IMG/VR virus record: IMGVR_UViG_3300046170_000505
DNA length: 64,000 nt
From: a virus
Strand: one strand, 5' to 3'
The notes beneath the pieces are model-generated. The model was not told where the DNA came from. It saw only the letters and a list, made by a program, of their open reading frames with translations, and searched no databases. Each line of letters begins with the position of its first letter. The stretch's first letter is position 1. This document shows, piece after piece, positions 49,687 through 60,318 of this stretch. A program made the translations under genes and the position numbers.

Positions 49687-50498
49687 AAAAGAAATTCGAA
49701 AAAATATTTATTATAGGTTACAATAAAACTGCTACTTGCAGCTTAGACGCATTGTTTTTTGAAAATGGATGGAATACACAGCACCAAGACGGTAACTGGA
49801 AAATAGATGAAAAAGAAGTTTTCAGTGATCAACACGCTGATAATACTAATTTTTTCAACTTCAAGCAACTGTCTCAAGATTACCCCAATGCTTTGTTTAT
49901 ACTAAATCTCAGGAAGCTAGATGACTGGATGATGAGCAGGTGCGGTCACGTTATTTTCAATAATGCGTTAATTACAATTATTGACGGTAATAGACCGACT
50001 AAAGAATCTTGGGCTTATCCATCATTGGAAGATATCTGTGGAGACAAAAGAAGCCTAAAACTTAATGACAAGATCAAAGAAAAATACTTTAATTATATAA
50101 AAGAAAAAATTAAATTCTGGATAGATGAAAGAGAGAGCTATTACACAGATATACTTGAGTTTTTTAAAGATAGAAGGCAACAGCTTTTAATTATTGACAT
50201 ATATAAAGACTGGAAGCCTTTTGTTGCAGATCATACTATGGAAGACTGTGAAGAAATTCCCACAAACAGAATGCTTGCCTCTGACAGAGGTGCTTTCAAA
50301 GAAATAAAATCTTTAAATATTTCGGATAAAAAAGATTTTGATGAGTTTATGTCTACCCACAAGTCTTTAGCTAAAAAAGCGATGGATGAAGTCTTGTCTG
50401 AATACCCCAAATGGGTAAAAGACTCGGTTCTTTTGCATGACGATAGAGAAAATAAAAAGTTTTTAAATATTTATAAAAATAATTTTAAGAATGCGTGA
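49683..50498 (+). CDS. Sulfotransferase-family protein
   Basis: IFIIGYNKTATCSL (5'-PSB loop), YPNALFILNLR...W..S. Confidence 0.75.
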   Translation: MKKKFEKIFIIGYNKTATCSLDALFFENGWNTQHQDGNWKIDEKEVFSDQHADNTNFFNFKQLSQDYPNALFILNLRKLDDWMMSRCGHVIFNNALITIIDGNRPTKESWAYPSLEDICGDKRSLKLNDKIKEKYFNYIKEKIKFWIDERESYYTDILEFFKDRRQQLLIIDIYKDWKPFVADHTMEDCEEIPTNRMLASDRGAFKEIKSLNISDKKDFDEFMSTHKSLAKKAMDEVLSEYPKWVKDSVLLHDDRENKKFLNIYKNNFKNA

Positions 50499-51291
50499 AG
50501 ATAAATGCATATTTTTTGTGACTGGCCTGCCTCATTCGGGCACTAGTATCGTGCAGAAAACAATTGCAGATCAAGAAGGTTATTTTTGTCGCTTTAAAGA
50601 AAATAAAAATATCCAAGAAAACAGAAATTTTGAAATAGAATTAAAACAATATAAAAAATCAGGAAAAGTTAATATAAATAGCGAAGTTTCGAAGATGCCT
50701 TGCGAGCCAATTAATTTTCAAAATGTTTTTGACTCAATCAAGGAATACTTAAATGAATCCAGCCTTCAAGTTATTTTTACCAGAAGGGATTCAATTGAAT
50801 GGTGCTTAAGTAAATTAAAAAGAAAAGTTTCTTTAAATGTTTTGAAACTTAATATTAATGACTTGAGCGATAAGGAGTATTCAATTTTTGATTATAAATT
50901 AAAATATAATTTTAAAAAAGAATTAAAACTAAGAGGATTAAAGTCTTTAATTATTTATTTTAAAGAGCTTCATGATGCTTGCGAAAAAGAGGTAGAGAAA
51001 ATTATAAATTCTAACAGTAATGCGAGAATTACATGTATTAACCTAAAAGACTTTGCAGAAAACCCAGAGAAATTTTTAAAAAAAATAGGGTTTAAGAACC
51101 CTTTAATAAGCAAATCAAAATATAATTTTACTAAAATTAAAAATTTTCATAAAGAAGAGCAACATCATCACGAAGAACTTCGCGCTGGTCAAATTAATTC
51201 CAACACAAACCCAAATTTAATACAGTCTAATTTTGATTATCACCCAACAATAATAGATTTTGTTAAAAAAACTTTCAAGTATGAAAAATAG
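50491..51291 (+). CDS. Sulfotransferase-family protein
   Basis: FFVTGLPHSGTS, VIFTRRDS, DFAENP. Confidence 0.65.
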   Translation: MREDKCIFFVTGLPHSGTSIVQKTIADQEGYFCRFKENKNIQENRNFEIELKQYKKSGKVNINSEVSKMPCEPINFQNVFDSIKEYLNESSLQVIFTRRDSIEWCLSKLKRKVSLNVLKLNINDLSDKEYSIFDYKLKYNFKKELKLRGLKSLIIYFKELHDACEKEVEKIINSNSNARITCINLKDFAENPEKFLKKIGFKNPLISKSKYNFTKIKNFHKEEQHHHEELRAGQINSNTNPNLIQSNFDYHPTIIDFVKKTFKYEK

Positions 51292-53062
51292 TAAAGATAT
51301 TTTAGAAGACCCCGCCTTTGTTTTATGCTTAGAGAGGCATAAGGAACTTAGGTATCTTCCGACAAAAGAAAGATTAAACAAGGCTGGATTTAAAAACGTT
51401 TATCCTTTCAAGGGTATAGACGGGCATAAAATTTTGAACGATAATGAAAGTGATATTTTTAATGCAGGGCTGTATTGTGCCTCAGAATATTTGTTTGATT
51501 CAAAAATAGAAAAAAAGAACTACATAGGTGCTGGCCAGCTTGCGGTTTTCGTTAATTTTCTATCACTGTGGAGAATTATCGCTTATTCTGACTCAGGTGG
51601 AGCTTTTATATTTGAAGACGATGCTCTTCCTAGGCCTGATTTTCCTGAAATTTTTCCAAAATATTGGGATATTTTAGATGGTGATGAAGACATTGTCTTT
51701 ATTGGTTCTGGCGGTGGTCATACTGAAGGTAATTTTATAAAAAACAATATGTTTTTTGATGGAGATGTAGACTGCTTACATGCTTATTATATTACCAGCA
51801 AGGGGGCTAGAAAGTTGTTAAATGTTTACTCTAATGTTGTTGATTATAATCATGAAGACCCTCTATTACTTGATCATTTATCGAGCAATATGCACTGGTC
51901 TAATCTTTCGGATGATAAACTTAGAGACGAAATAGTATCATGTGAAAATGAAGACGAGGATTTAAATTTAGACACTTCTACTATGAAGACAAAATTTAAT
52001 GACCTTGATTATACCCAGTGTTTTAATAAAGAAAAAAATATTTTTTATCATAATAAACCCAGACTATGTCCTTCTTTATATATTGCTGACAGTTTTGTTG
52101 GATGGGTGATGATGGATTCAGAAAAACCCTAATCGAGCTCGTCCATGGCTAACTCTAAAAAAATACCATACAAAACTTTGTTCAAATTTTAAAACTATTG
52201 CTTTTAATGGAAAAGCCCTTGAGGTCAAAGGCGACTATATGGAAGATGAAATTCCATGGGGTTTGTCGTTTGGCTTAAACAGTCAAAGAGACAATGGAAT
52301 TATTCATCAAAATGCTTACCAACAATCCTCAATTCACGAATTTGATTTAGTGGACGAACTTTCTAGATTAAAAAAAGCCGAACCAGACACAGCAACAGCA
52401 TCTCATATTTTTCTTATCGGATTAGATCGTTGTGGATCTAATTCTTTACTAGAATTTCTTGGTACTTCCATTCCTGTAAAATATGACGATAAAGGAAGAA
52501 TGGGCTCAAGGATGGCATTTAACTTTTTTAATGCTCACAAAATACTTGAAGGGCTTGAGGATGAAATCCCTCAGCTTTGTGCTTACGGAAATATGCAAGC
52601 AATCTTTCTGTCTGGAGAAGGAAAAACTCGGCGGCAATAGCCAACGAGATATTCCCATATTTCATATATAGGACTTTTTCAAAGAGCTATATACCCAATA
52701 CCCTGATGCTAAGTTTATTTTCAATACTCGCCATTGGGAGCAATGGATAGAAGGGACGCAGAAGAATTGGTGATGGTTACATGATGGACTATTATCAAAG
52801 GTGCTCAAAACCAGAACTTTGTGGGACTCCTGAATGGACGGAGAAAACAATCGAAGAAGTCCAAAAAGACTGGAAGAAAACTTTTGAAAATCACACGCAA
52901 GAAGTTCGTGATTTTTTTGCAGACAAACAAGACCATCGATTCCTTGAATTTAACATATCAACAGATCATCCTCAGAAAATTGTAGATTTTTTACCTGAGT
53001 TAGATTTAAATATTCAAAACGCTTGGGAAATTAGAGAAAATTGGGGGCCACACAATCAATAA
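51281..53062 (+). CDS. GT25 + sulfotransferase fusion (frameshifted)
   Basis: IFEDDALPRPDF...PKYW, CLHAYYIT, RDNGIIHQNA, then IFLIGLDRCGSNSL, QYPDAKFIFNTR, W...FENH and FLEFNI across several frame breaks. Confidence 0.65.
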
Positions 53063-53063
53063 T

Positions 53064-53068
53064 GTGTA
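53064..53068 (+). promoter_or_regulatory. GTGTA upstream motif
   Basis: 12 nt before ATG 53081. Confidence 0.6.
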
Positions 53069-53080
53069 CTATTAATTGAC

Positions 53081-54885
53081 ATGAAAGAACAAATACAAAT
53101 CAAAACAGGCGCAAACATTAGTTCGCTTTTGCAATCAACCGTAAACATTTCTCAAGCTTTTACTGAGCTTGTTAAAAATTCAATTCAAAATTTAGCTACG
53201 CAAATTGATATTGTCATCAGTAAAGAAACCGTGACTGTAACTGACAACGGAAGAGGCTTTTATCATGTACCCTGACTCTTCAGGTAAAAATGACTTCGAT
53301 AGGTATTTTGTTTTTGGAAATTCTTATGATAATACTTCTGGAGAAGGCGTTAGACTAGGTCATATGGGAATTGGCGGTAAGCTTGCCAATGATAAACTCT
53401 CTGACACTCAAATTGATTGGTCTATTATCACTAAAAATAAAGATTCAAAATCTTTTCAAGTTAACTACGTTCCGACAAAAACAGAGTTTCTTGATGATTA
53501 TAGCCCCGTTGTCGAAGAGATCGCTTATGATGATTCTCATTTTCCTCACCTTACTGGAACTAAAATTGTCATAAATAAACTCAATCAAAGAATAGTAAAT
53601 TATACTGAAGCCGAAATTGGTTGGGCCAAAAAAGAAATCAGATCCTTCTTTGGTCTTTTGGTCAAAAACAGTAAAGAAAGAAATAAAGAAATACGCATTT
53701 CTCTTAACGGTGAAGATTTAAGTTTTGATTATGATCTACCAGGCTCTGCTTTTATCAGGAAAACTATAGAAGTTTCCCACGAAAAAGGCTCTTCTTCTGT
53801 TGGTTTAAACATTTTTAAATTAAACAATAGGTCAGAACTCAAAGACCTTCCTGTTACTGGTGTTGAAATTGCGGCTGGCGTAAAGATTTGTAATCTTAAA
53901 CTAGACAACGTAGAAATCGTTGATGAAATATATTCTGAAATTTCAAAACTCGAAGGGAAAACGGTTGAACCAGAAGCTTCTGTAATTCATTTTTTTAATC
54001 AATTAATAGGTTTTGTTGTTTGCGATGATCTTGGATCTTTGCTTGATGAAACAGGTATGCCCGCAAAAGATTTATCCCACCATGCTTTAAGAGAAGATCA
54101 TTTTCTTGTTATTCCCTTTTACAAAGAAGTTTACAAAGAAATCATTTTGGCTATCAGAAAATACCTTGGTGTAGATGAAAATAGCCGCCGCAAAAGTTTT
54201 AATGATATTGCGAAAGAAATCTTAAGTTTGATTGATGAAGAAGCTGATATCGATATCGAAGAAATTTCTGAGAACGAAACTGATACTACTGCTCATTCTA
54301 AAATTCAAGACGAAGAAGAAGACGAAGATGAAGAAGACGACAGATGAAGAAGACGAAGATGAAGAAGACGAAGATGAAGAAGACGAAGATGAAGACGGTC
54401 AATCATTAGATTCTTTTGAAGCTGAAGAAGAAGAAAAAGAAGAAGAAGATTATATAGATCCTGAAAAAATTCCAGAAGATATGCCTGAGTATATCGATCC
54501 TAGAATTTTGCCTAAAGAATTATTTCTTGAGTTAGACGACGAAAATGATCCTGACGTTCCTGATGTTACAGTAGAAGACATAACTAAAAAAGGAAATATT
54601 ATTTATGATATTGTAAATTTTGGAGAAAGTTATGAATATGAAATGTCAAGCCATCATCTTTACGGCAAATTAATTATCATGATCAATTCTGGAAACCATA
54701 AATTTAAAAAAGTTGAAGATTCAGAAAACAAATATGCTATGGCGTCTTACATTGCTGAATGTATGGTTAAAGAAATTGAACTTTACAATTCTCCAGAATC
54801 TCAAATGAGAGAGGTTGAATACAAAATTTCAGAGTTTTACCACGATCATGGTAATAAAATCAAACTAAGATTCACTAACGATTAA
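53081..54885 (+). CDS. GHKL (HATPase_c) ATPase with acidic linker (frameshifted)
   Basis: ELVKNS, VTDNGRG, GHMGIGGK, TGTKI; frame breaks at ~53262 and ~54341. Confidence 0.8.
54315..54390 (+). repeat. 15-nt tandem repeat GAAGAAGACGAAGAT x5 (EEDED)
   Basis: Five units; unit 2 (54330-54345) is 16 nt long and causes the frameshift. Confidence 0.9.
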
Positions 54886-54894
54886 TAAATTATT

Positions 54895-55089
54895 ATGGAA
54901 TTCTATAATGTAAAAAAGAAAGAAAGAGTACAGATAGACGAGTCTCTAGTAGAAAAAGTTTCTATGGAAAACGTTAGCAAAAACGGCAAGCTTGTTGTTC
55001 GCTACGCATTTAAAGCTGTGGATGAAGACGGAACTAAACTCACAAAGTTTTGCAGTAAAGCAAGCTACGATAAGTTCCAAGGTTCTTAA
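54895..55089 (+). CDS. Small hypothetical protein (DUF5679-like)
   Basis: MEFYNVKKKE...RYAFKA..EDGTKLTKF. Confidence 0.5.
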   Translation: MEFYNVKKKERVQIDESLVEKVSMENVSKNGKLVVRYAFKAVDEDGTKLTKFCSKASYDKFQGS

Positions 55090-55511
55090 TGGGTCCGATT
55101 CTCAATACAATTATTGGCGCAGGAATAAAACTCGCCTGTAATTTAGTAAACGCTTGGCTTTACCAAAAACAACAAGACCAGATGATGCTGGCCGCAAAGG
55201 ATGAAATGATGTTGCGGGCCATGATAGACAGTCAAGAAAAACAAGCCAGTGATCCTTTTGTAAAAATTACTAGGCGCATATTATTTATGTCAATAACTTT
55301 TACTATGTGTTATTTGATGGTCTATTACGCACATAACCCAGACATCAGTTATAATATTCTTGTTCCAAAAGGAGACGGTGCCCGCTTAGGTTTTTTTAGT
55401 TGGATTGTAGGGGGCAAAGAATGGGAGATGGTTCAAATGACAGGAGGTTTACTTTTGACCTTCTTTTATGGATCTTTGCTTTATGGTTATAGGTTTTTAC
55501 GCTATACCTAG
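55089..55511 (+). CDS. Membrane protein (possibly holin-like)
   Basis: Two to three hydrophobic segments; the C-terminus is probably frameshifted near 55460. Confidence 0.45.
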   Translation: MGPILNTIIGAGIKLACNLVNAWLYQKQQDQMMLAAKDEMMLRAMIDSQEKQASDPFVKITRRILFMSITFTMCYLMVYYAHNPDISYNILVPKGDGARLGFFSWIVGGKEWEMVQMTGGLLLTFFYGSLLYGYRFLRYT

Positions 55512-55527
55512 TAAAAAAAGATAATTT

Positions 55528-56562
55528 TTAGAAATCAAAAAACTTATATAAGTAGTTTTTATACGGGTGACCTGATTCCAGTTTTGACGTGAGGCCCCAT
55601 TTATGAGCGAGATATCCCTCTAGCCCTTGTCTAATTTCTTGTGGTAGCTGTGCTCCTTGGTTATTGATAAATATCAATTCTGCAATGAACCCTTCGTGTT
55701 TATTGTTAGGTTTATCTTCTCTACAACCTAATAGAAGTTTTTTCATATCTTCGTTGTTTGATTGCGTTGAACTTATCTCGTGTACGTATACCACATCTGG
55801 TTTAGAGTTTTGAAAAACTCCATCTCTATACAAAAATGTCCCAAGTTTTCCTTTAGTTGTTCCTAGTACAGTTTCTTGCGTAGAAATTCTTTTACCTGTA
55901 TCGTTTTGGTTTTTAAAATTAACTTTATCGCTTTGCCCATCAAATGACCCTATGATAGATGAATCTGATCTTAGATAAAATCTGGATTTGTTTGGCGCTA
56001 CGTTTGCTGTACCAATAATGTAGTCTTTATTTGATGTGTCTGACTTATATACCGTAAATAAGGTTGTATAGCCTAGCGAAACTGCGTTTACACTTGAGAA
56101 AGTAAGACAGTTATCTGTTCCGTCGAAGTTTATAACATTTAATCCATTACAAGTCACAGAGTTTGTTGTTGGCATTTTATTCGCGGTTGAGGTTGATGCG
56201 TGAAAATTGTTTCCGCTAACATCTCTCCACATGCTAACTTTCCCTGATGATTCTGTAATTGAAGCGGCCACAGATGCATCAAGATGACATTTAATATTAA
56301 GGTTTAGATTACTTAACTTTGTTTTCCTTATTGGCCTAAAACCTGAATCAACGCTATCTTTTATTTCGCTTTGCATACCAAAGCTATCTAATTTTCTAAA
56401 AAGCTCTCTTCCTGTATGATTAATAAAATAATCTTCTTCATCAAGCCCTCCAGATTCTACTATATTTCGAATTTCAGTCTTGAATCGCGATAATTCAGAC
56501 TGCATTTCTGTTTTGCTTTTTATCGCGTGTATTTGATGTAATAATTTATTAAGAGTTGTCAT
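55528..56562 (-). CDS. LamG/concanavalin-like domain protein
   Basis: HLDAS, VSMWRDVSGN, INFDGTDNCL, GFIAELI, EGYLAHKWG. Confidence 0.7.
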   Translation of the reverse strand: MTTLNKLLHQIHAIKSKTEMQSELSRFKTEIRNIVESGGLDEEDYFINHTGRELFRKLDSFGMQSEIKDSVDSGFRPIRKTKLSNLNLNIKCHLDASVAASITESSGKVSMWRDVSGNNFHASTSTANKMPTTNSVTCNGLNVINFDGTDNCLTFSSVNAVSLGYTTLFTVYKSDTSNKDYIIGTANVAPNKSRFYLRSDSSIIGSFDGQSDKVNFKNQNDTGKRISTQETVLGTTKGKLGTFLYRDGVFQNSKPDVVYVHEISSTQSNNEDMKKLLLGCREDKPNNKHEGFIAELIFINNQGAQLPQEIRQGLEGYLAHKWGLTSKLESGHPYKNYLYKFFDF

Positions 56563-56575
56563 ACCTATATATATT

Positions 56576-56580
56576 TACAC
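56576..56580 (-). promoter_or_regulatory. GTGTA upstream motif
   Basis: 13 nt before minus-strand ATG 56562. Confidence 0.6.
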
Positions 56581-56600
56581 AGAAACCTTAAAGTTATCGC

Positions 56601-56629
56601 TTGACATTTATTTTTAATTTTGCTATTAT
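56601..56629 (+). promoter_or_regulatory. sigma70-like promoter
   Basis: TTGACA-N17-TATTAT, 6 nt before GTG 56636. Confidence 0.75.
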
Positions 56630-56635
56630 TGCGAA

Positions 56636-56983
56636 GTGTTAAAGCATTCCGAAAAAAAACAAATTATAGAAAACCTTCTTATTGTTCCAGATAAACAAAA
56701 GCGTTTGTTTTGGCCTAAAGAAATAAAGATGTTAAATATTTTAATAGCAGACTATCCATCCAACAGTTTTTGGTCAAAAATTTCTTTCCCACAAAAACTT
56801 GACTCTTTAATTCTTTTGAGATCTGGTTATTATAAAAAAGAGTTAGATAAAAAATATAATAGATATAACTATAAAATTCCAGAGGAACAAGCCCCAGTAA
56901 TTGGAGAAAAATCTGGAGAAGACTATAATTACAAAAAACAACCTCAAACCATACGAGAATTTTGCGATGATGAAAACAGTTGA
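56636..56983 (+). CDS. Hypothetical protein
   Basis: 115-aa ORF downstream of a promoter and upstream of the recA-like gene. Confidence 0.6.
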   Translation: MLKHSEKKQIIENLLIVPDKQKRLFWPKEIKMLNILIADYPSNSFWSKISFPQKLDSLILLRSGYYKKELDKKYNRYNYKIPEEQAPVIGEKSGEDYNYKKQPQTIREFCDDENS

Positions 56984-58088
56984 AATAAGCACCAAAGACG
57001 CTCTTAAAAGTTTTTTAAAACAAAACGAAGAGCATCACTATAACTTCGAAGAAGAAATAGACTATAAAGTATCCAGCGGAAGCTTAAAAGTTGATTTTGA
57101 GCTTAATGGAGGCTTCGGGCCAGGATTACATCGTTTTACAGGAATGAACGAAGGAGGAAAAAGTTCTGAAGCGCTAGAGGTTATGAAAAATTTTTTAAAG
57201 AACCCGAACTCAAAAGCTGTTTACATTAAAGCTGAAGGTCGCCTCTCTAAAGAAATGAGAGAAAGATGCGGGGTTACTTTTTGCGACAACGAAGATTCAT
57301 GGGAAGAAGGTTCGTGCTTTGTTTTTGATTGCAATATATACGAGACTGTTCTTGACTTAATGAGAGTTCTTATAGGCAAAAATGATGACGAAACAAGGTA
57401 TTGTTTTATTTTAGATTCTCTTGATGGTTTAATCACCAAAGATGATTTAAAAAAAGGCTTTGAAGATTCTCACAAAGTTGCTGGAGGCGCGTTGTTGGGA
57501 GCTAAGTTCATGCAAAAAATGAGCATTCAACTAGCTAAAAGAGGCCACATGGCTATTTTTATATCGCAAGTTAGGGCTGACATTAAACTTGATCCGTATA
57601 GCAGAGCCCCCGTCAGACAGACAACTGCGACTGGAGGGAATGCCTTACTTCATTTTGCTAATTATATTTTAGAGTTTGAGCCTAGGTTCAAAAAAGACAT
57701 GATCTTAGAAAATCCAACTCAACCATTAGACCAGCAAAAAAATAAAATGCTTGGGCATATAGTTAAGATAACCGTGAAAAAATCTCCAAATGAAAAAACA
57801 AATTACGTTTTAGAGTATCCAATTAAATACGGAAGAAAAAACGGCACCTCTATTTGGGTCGAAAAAGAAATTATAGACATGCTTTATTTATGGGGTTATA
57901 TTAATAAAAAAGGCGCCTGGATATCTGTAGAAAAAGATTTTATAGATATGTTATCAGAAAAAGATCTTTCTTTTCCTGAAAAAATACAAGGAGAACCTAA
58001 ACTAAATCAATTTCTTGAATCAGAGCCTGCTCTTATGAGTTTTCTATTAGAGCATTTCAAAGAAGTCATCTATCAACAAAATAAATAA
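56967..58088 (+). CDS. recA: RecA/UvsX-like recombinase
   Basis: VSSGSL, Walker A GMNEGGKS, Walker B ILDSLD, IFISQVR, TGGNALLHF, KKGAW. Confidence 0.85.
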   Translation: MMKTVEISTKDALKSFLKQNEEHHYNFEEEIDYKVSSGSLKVDFELNGGFGPGLHRFTGMNEGGKSSEALEVMKNFLKNPNSKAVYIKAEGRLSKEMRERCGVTFCDNEDSWEEGSCFVFDCNIYETVLDLMRVLIGKNDDETRYCFILDSLDGLITKDDLKKGFEDSHKVAGGALLGAKFMQKMSIQLAKRGHMAIFISQVRADIKLDPYSRAPVRQTTATGGNALLHFANYILEFEPRFKKDMILENPTQPLDQQKNKMLGHIVKITVKKSPNEKTNYVLEYPIKYGRKNGTSIWVEKEIIDMLYLWGYINKKGAWISVEKDFIDMLSEKDLSFPEKIQGEPKLNQFLESEPALMSFLLEHFKEVIYQQNK

Positions 58089-58498
58089 TGATATTCAAGA
58101 CCCTTACAGGTTCTTCGAAACGTGTATCTAAAGCTAAAAAATATTTGATCCAATGGAATTCTTCCAGTAGAAGTAAAATGCAATTCAACGTCAAACAATA
58201 TCTTAAGAAATACTGGCTCAATGATATTGTCTTTGAAGAATTTCCTATAGCTGGAACAAAAATGACTTTTGATTTTTACAATCCTAATAAAAAAGTAGCT
58301 ATAGAAGTCCAAGGCAATCAACACCTTAAATACACCCCATTTTTTCACGGAAAGTCTAAGTCAAACTTTTTAAGCCAAATAAGAAGAGACAACGATAAGC
58401 AAAAATTTTGCGAATTAAACAGTATTAAACTAGTAGAAATTTACCCTAATGATGAAATGTCAACCGATCTCTTTAAATCGTTTGGAGTTATCCTATAA
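58088..58498 (+). CDS. Vsr/DUF559-like endonuclease
   Basis: FDFY, VAIEVQGNQH, RRDNDK, IKLVEI. Confidence 0.75.
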   Translation: MIFKTLTGSSKRVSKAKKYLIQWNSSSRSKMQFNVKQYLKKYWLNDIVFEEFPIAGTKMTFDFYNPNKKVAIEVQGNQHLKYTPFFHGKSKSNFLSQIRRDNDKQKFCELNSIKLVEIYPNDEMSTDLFKSFGVIL

Positions 58499-58502
58499 TA
58501 AA

Positions 58503-58507
58503 GTGTA
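58503..58507 (+). promoter_or_regulatory. GTGTA upstream motif
   Basis: 9 nt before GTG 58517. Confidence 0.6.
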
Positions 58508-58516
58508 TAATTAATT

Positions 58517-58795
58517 GTGAGCGATAATATAGATCCAGAAAATTTAGGGGTATTCTCAATCCCAGAAGCAATGCTTCAAAAACTTTTTGATTTTTCAGGC
58601 GATGCCGATCACAGCAAGGGCTTTATATTAGCCTATGTTGACCAGAACGGCAAGCCTATGATATATACCAAAAGTCAAAATCAAATAATAGAAATGGGTT
58701 TAAGAAAGGCTTTGGAAAAATATTTAATCAGCCTTGAAGAAACTGAAACTATGTTTGGGGCAGGAAATGACGAGCCAGAAAATGGGCTTGACTAA
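58517..58795 (+). CDS. Hypothetical protein
   Basis: 92 aa; GTGTA 9 nt upstream of the GTG start. Confidence 0.6.
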   Translation: MSDNIDPENLGVFSIPEAMLQKLFDFSGDADHSKGFILAYVDQNGKPMIYTKSQNQIIEMGLRKALEKYLISLEETETMFGAGNDEPENGLD

Positions 58796-58816
58796 TCCTG
58801 TTATTTTTGCTAGCAT
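58788..58816 (+). promoter_or_regulatory. sigma70-like promoter for the helicase
   Basis: TTGACT-N17-TAGCAT with TG just upstream of the -10 box. Confidence 0.6.
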
Positions 58817-58824
58817 AGTTGAAT

Positions 58825-60318
58825 ATGGTTTATTCTCATGAAGTTGAGCGTCAGTTTCTTGCTGGCTTGCTAAAATTACCCGAAAAATACTCAGAAGTAT
58901 GTTCTTTTATCACTTCTTCTGATTTTTATTCGGAAGTAAATCAAGTATTATACAGCTTCATAAAATCCTCTTATGATGGCGGAGAATCTTTAGATCACGT
59001 TGTGCTATCTGAAAAAATAAAACTCTCAGGTATATCTTTTGAAGATAATATTAATATTTCTGATTACATTCATGCGTTAATGTTACGCCAAATATCAAAA
59101 GGTTCTTTTTCTGAATGCGCAAAAGAACTTAAGAAGTTGACTGCAAGAAGAGACATTATGTCTTTTTGTGGGAAAATTTCTAAGAAAATGAAGTCTATTG
59201 ATAGCTCAAAAAGCCTTAACCAAATCATAGAAGAGTCAGATAAAATTTACTCTAATATTAATGTTTATGAAAATAGCGATCATACACCGCAAAACATTTT
59301 TGAACAAATGGAGTCCGTTGTTGAACTCAGAGGAAACAATCCAGTTAAAGAATTTGGCCCTAGTGGCCCTCATAAAAGAATCCAAGACCTTTATGGCTCT
59401 TTATTAAGGCCTGGGAATATCACCACTATAGTAGCCAGAACTGGTGTTGGTAAAACGCAATTCGTAATGGATTTTTGCATAAAAGTTTCTCATGACCACG
59501 GCATACCAGTTTTGCATTTAGATAATGGCGAAATGAGTAAAGAAGAACTACTAGCTCGCCAGTGCGCTTCACTAGCTCAAGTGCCTTTAAATTTGATCGA
59601 AACAGGTCAATGGCGAAACGCTGGAGAAGATATAGTTAAAAAAGTAAGAAGTGTTTGGCCTCTTATTAAAGAGAGAAAATTTTATTATCAAAATGTAGGT
59701 GGCATGAAAGTAGACTCAATGGTGCAACTTGTAAAACATTTTTATTATTCTCAAGTCAAAAGGGGAAACCCAATGATACTTAGTTTTGATTATATAAAAA
59801 CTACTTCAGAAATGCAGGGAAACAAAATGGAGTGGCAGGTTGTTGGCGAAATGATAGATAAGTTTAAAAAATTAGTGCAAAGAGATATTGTTTATAATTC
59901 TGAACCAAGGATTGCGATGATGACAAGCGTCCAAAGCAACCGTTCAGGGATAACAAATAATCGTAACGCTAATGATATAGTTGACGATGAAAGCGTAGTT
60001 TCTTTGTCCGACAGAATCACTCAGTTTAGTTCCCACGTTTTTCATTTGCGTAAAAAAACTTTAGACGAAATAACTTCTGAAAATAATATCTTAGGAACCC
60101 ATAAGCTTAGCTGTTTTAAATATAGGCACTTAGGTAACGACGTAATGAGGGCGATTAACCCAGTAAGAATGCCTGATGGAGATTTAAAAAAGAACTATAT
60201 AAACTTAGATTTTAATAATTTTAACATTACTGAGGTGGGAGATTTAAAAGATCATGTTGACTCCCTAGTTGACGTATCTCTTACTGAAGATGAGCTCTCT
60301 ATTGATCTAGGCATATGA
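58825..60318 (+). CDS. dnaB: DnaB-like replicative helicase
   Basis: N-terminal EVERQFLAGLL, ARTGVGKT, GEMS, FDYI, SVQSNR. Confidence 0.9.
   Translation: MVYSHEVERQFLAGLLKLPEKYSEVCSFITSSDFYSEVNQVLYSFIKSSYDGGESLDHVVLSEKIKLSGISFEDNINISDYIHALMLRQISKGSFSECAKELKKLTARRDIMSFCGKISKKMKSIDSSKSLNQIIEESDKIYSNINVYENSDHTPQNIFEQMESVVELRGNNPVKEFGPSGPHKRIQDLYGSLLRPGNITTIVARTGVGKTQFVMDFCIKVSHDHGIPVLHLDNGEMSKEELLARQCASLAQVPLNLIETGQWRNAGEDIVKKVRSVWPLIKERKFYYQNVGGMKVDSMVQLVKHFYYSQVKRGNPMILSFDYIKTTSEMQGNKMEWQVVGEMIDKFKKLVQRDIVYNSEPRIAMMTSVQSNRSGITNNRNANDIVDDESVVSLSDRITQFSSHVFHLRKKTLDEITSENNILGTHKLSCFKYRHLGNDVMRAINPVRMPDGDLKKNYINLDFNNFNITEVGDLKDHVDSLVDVSLTEDELSIDLGI

Noticed and set aside
32600-55500. Stop-codon reassignment as the cause of fragmented genes
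   Set aside because: The continuations lie in different frames, not behind in-frame stops, and long genes read through with the standard code.
40225-60318. Inteins or introns in nrdA, nrdB, recA or dnaB
   Set aside because: Lengths are normal and I saw no intein splice motifs or homing endonuclease inserts.
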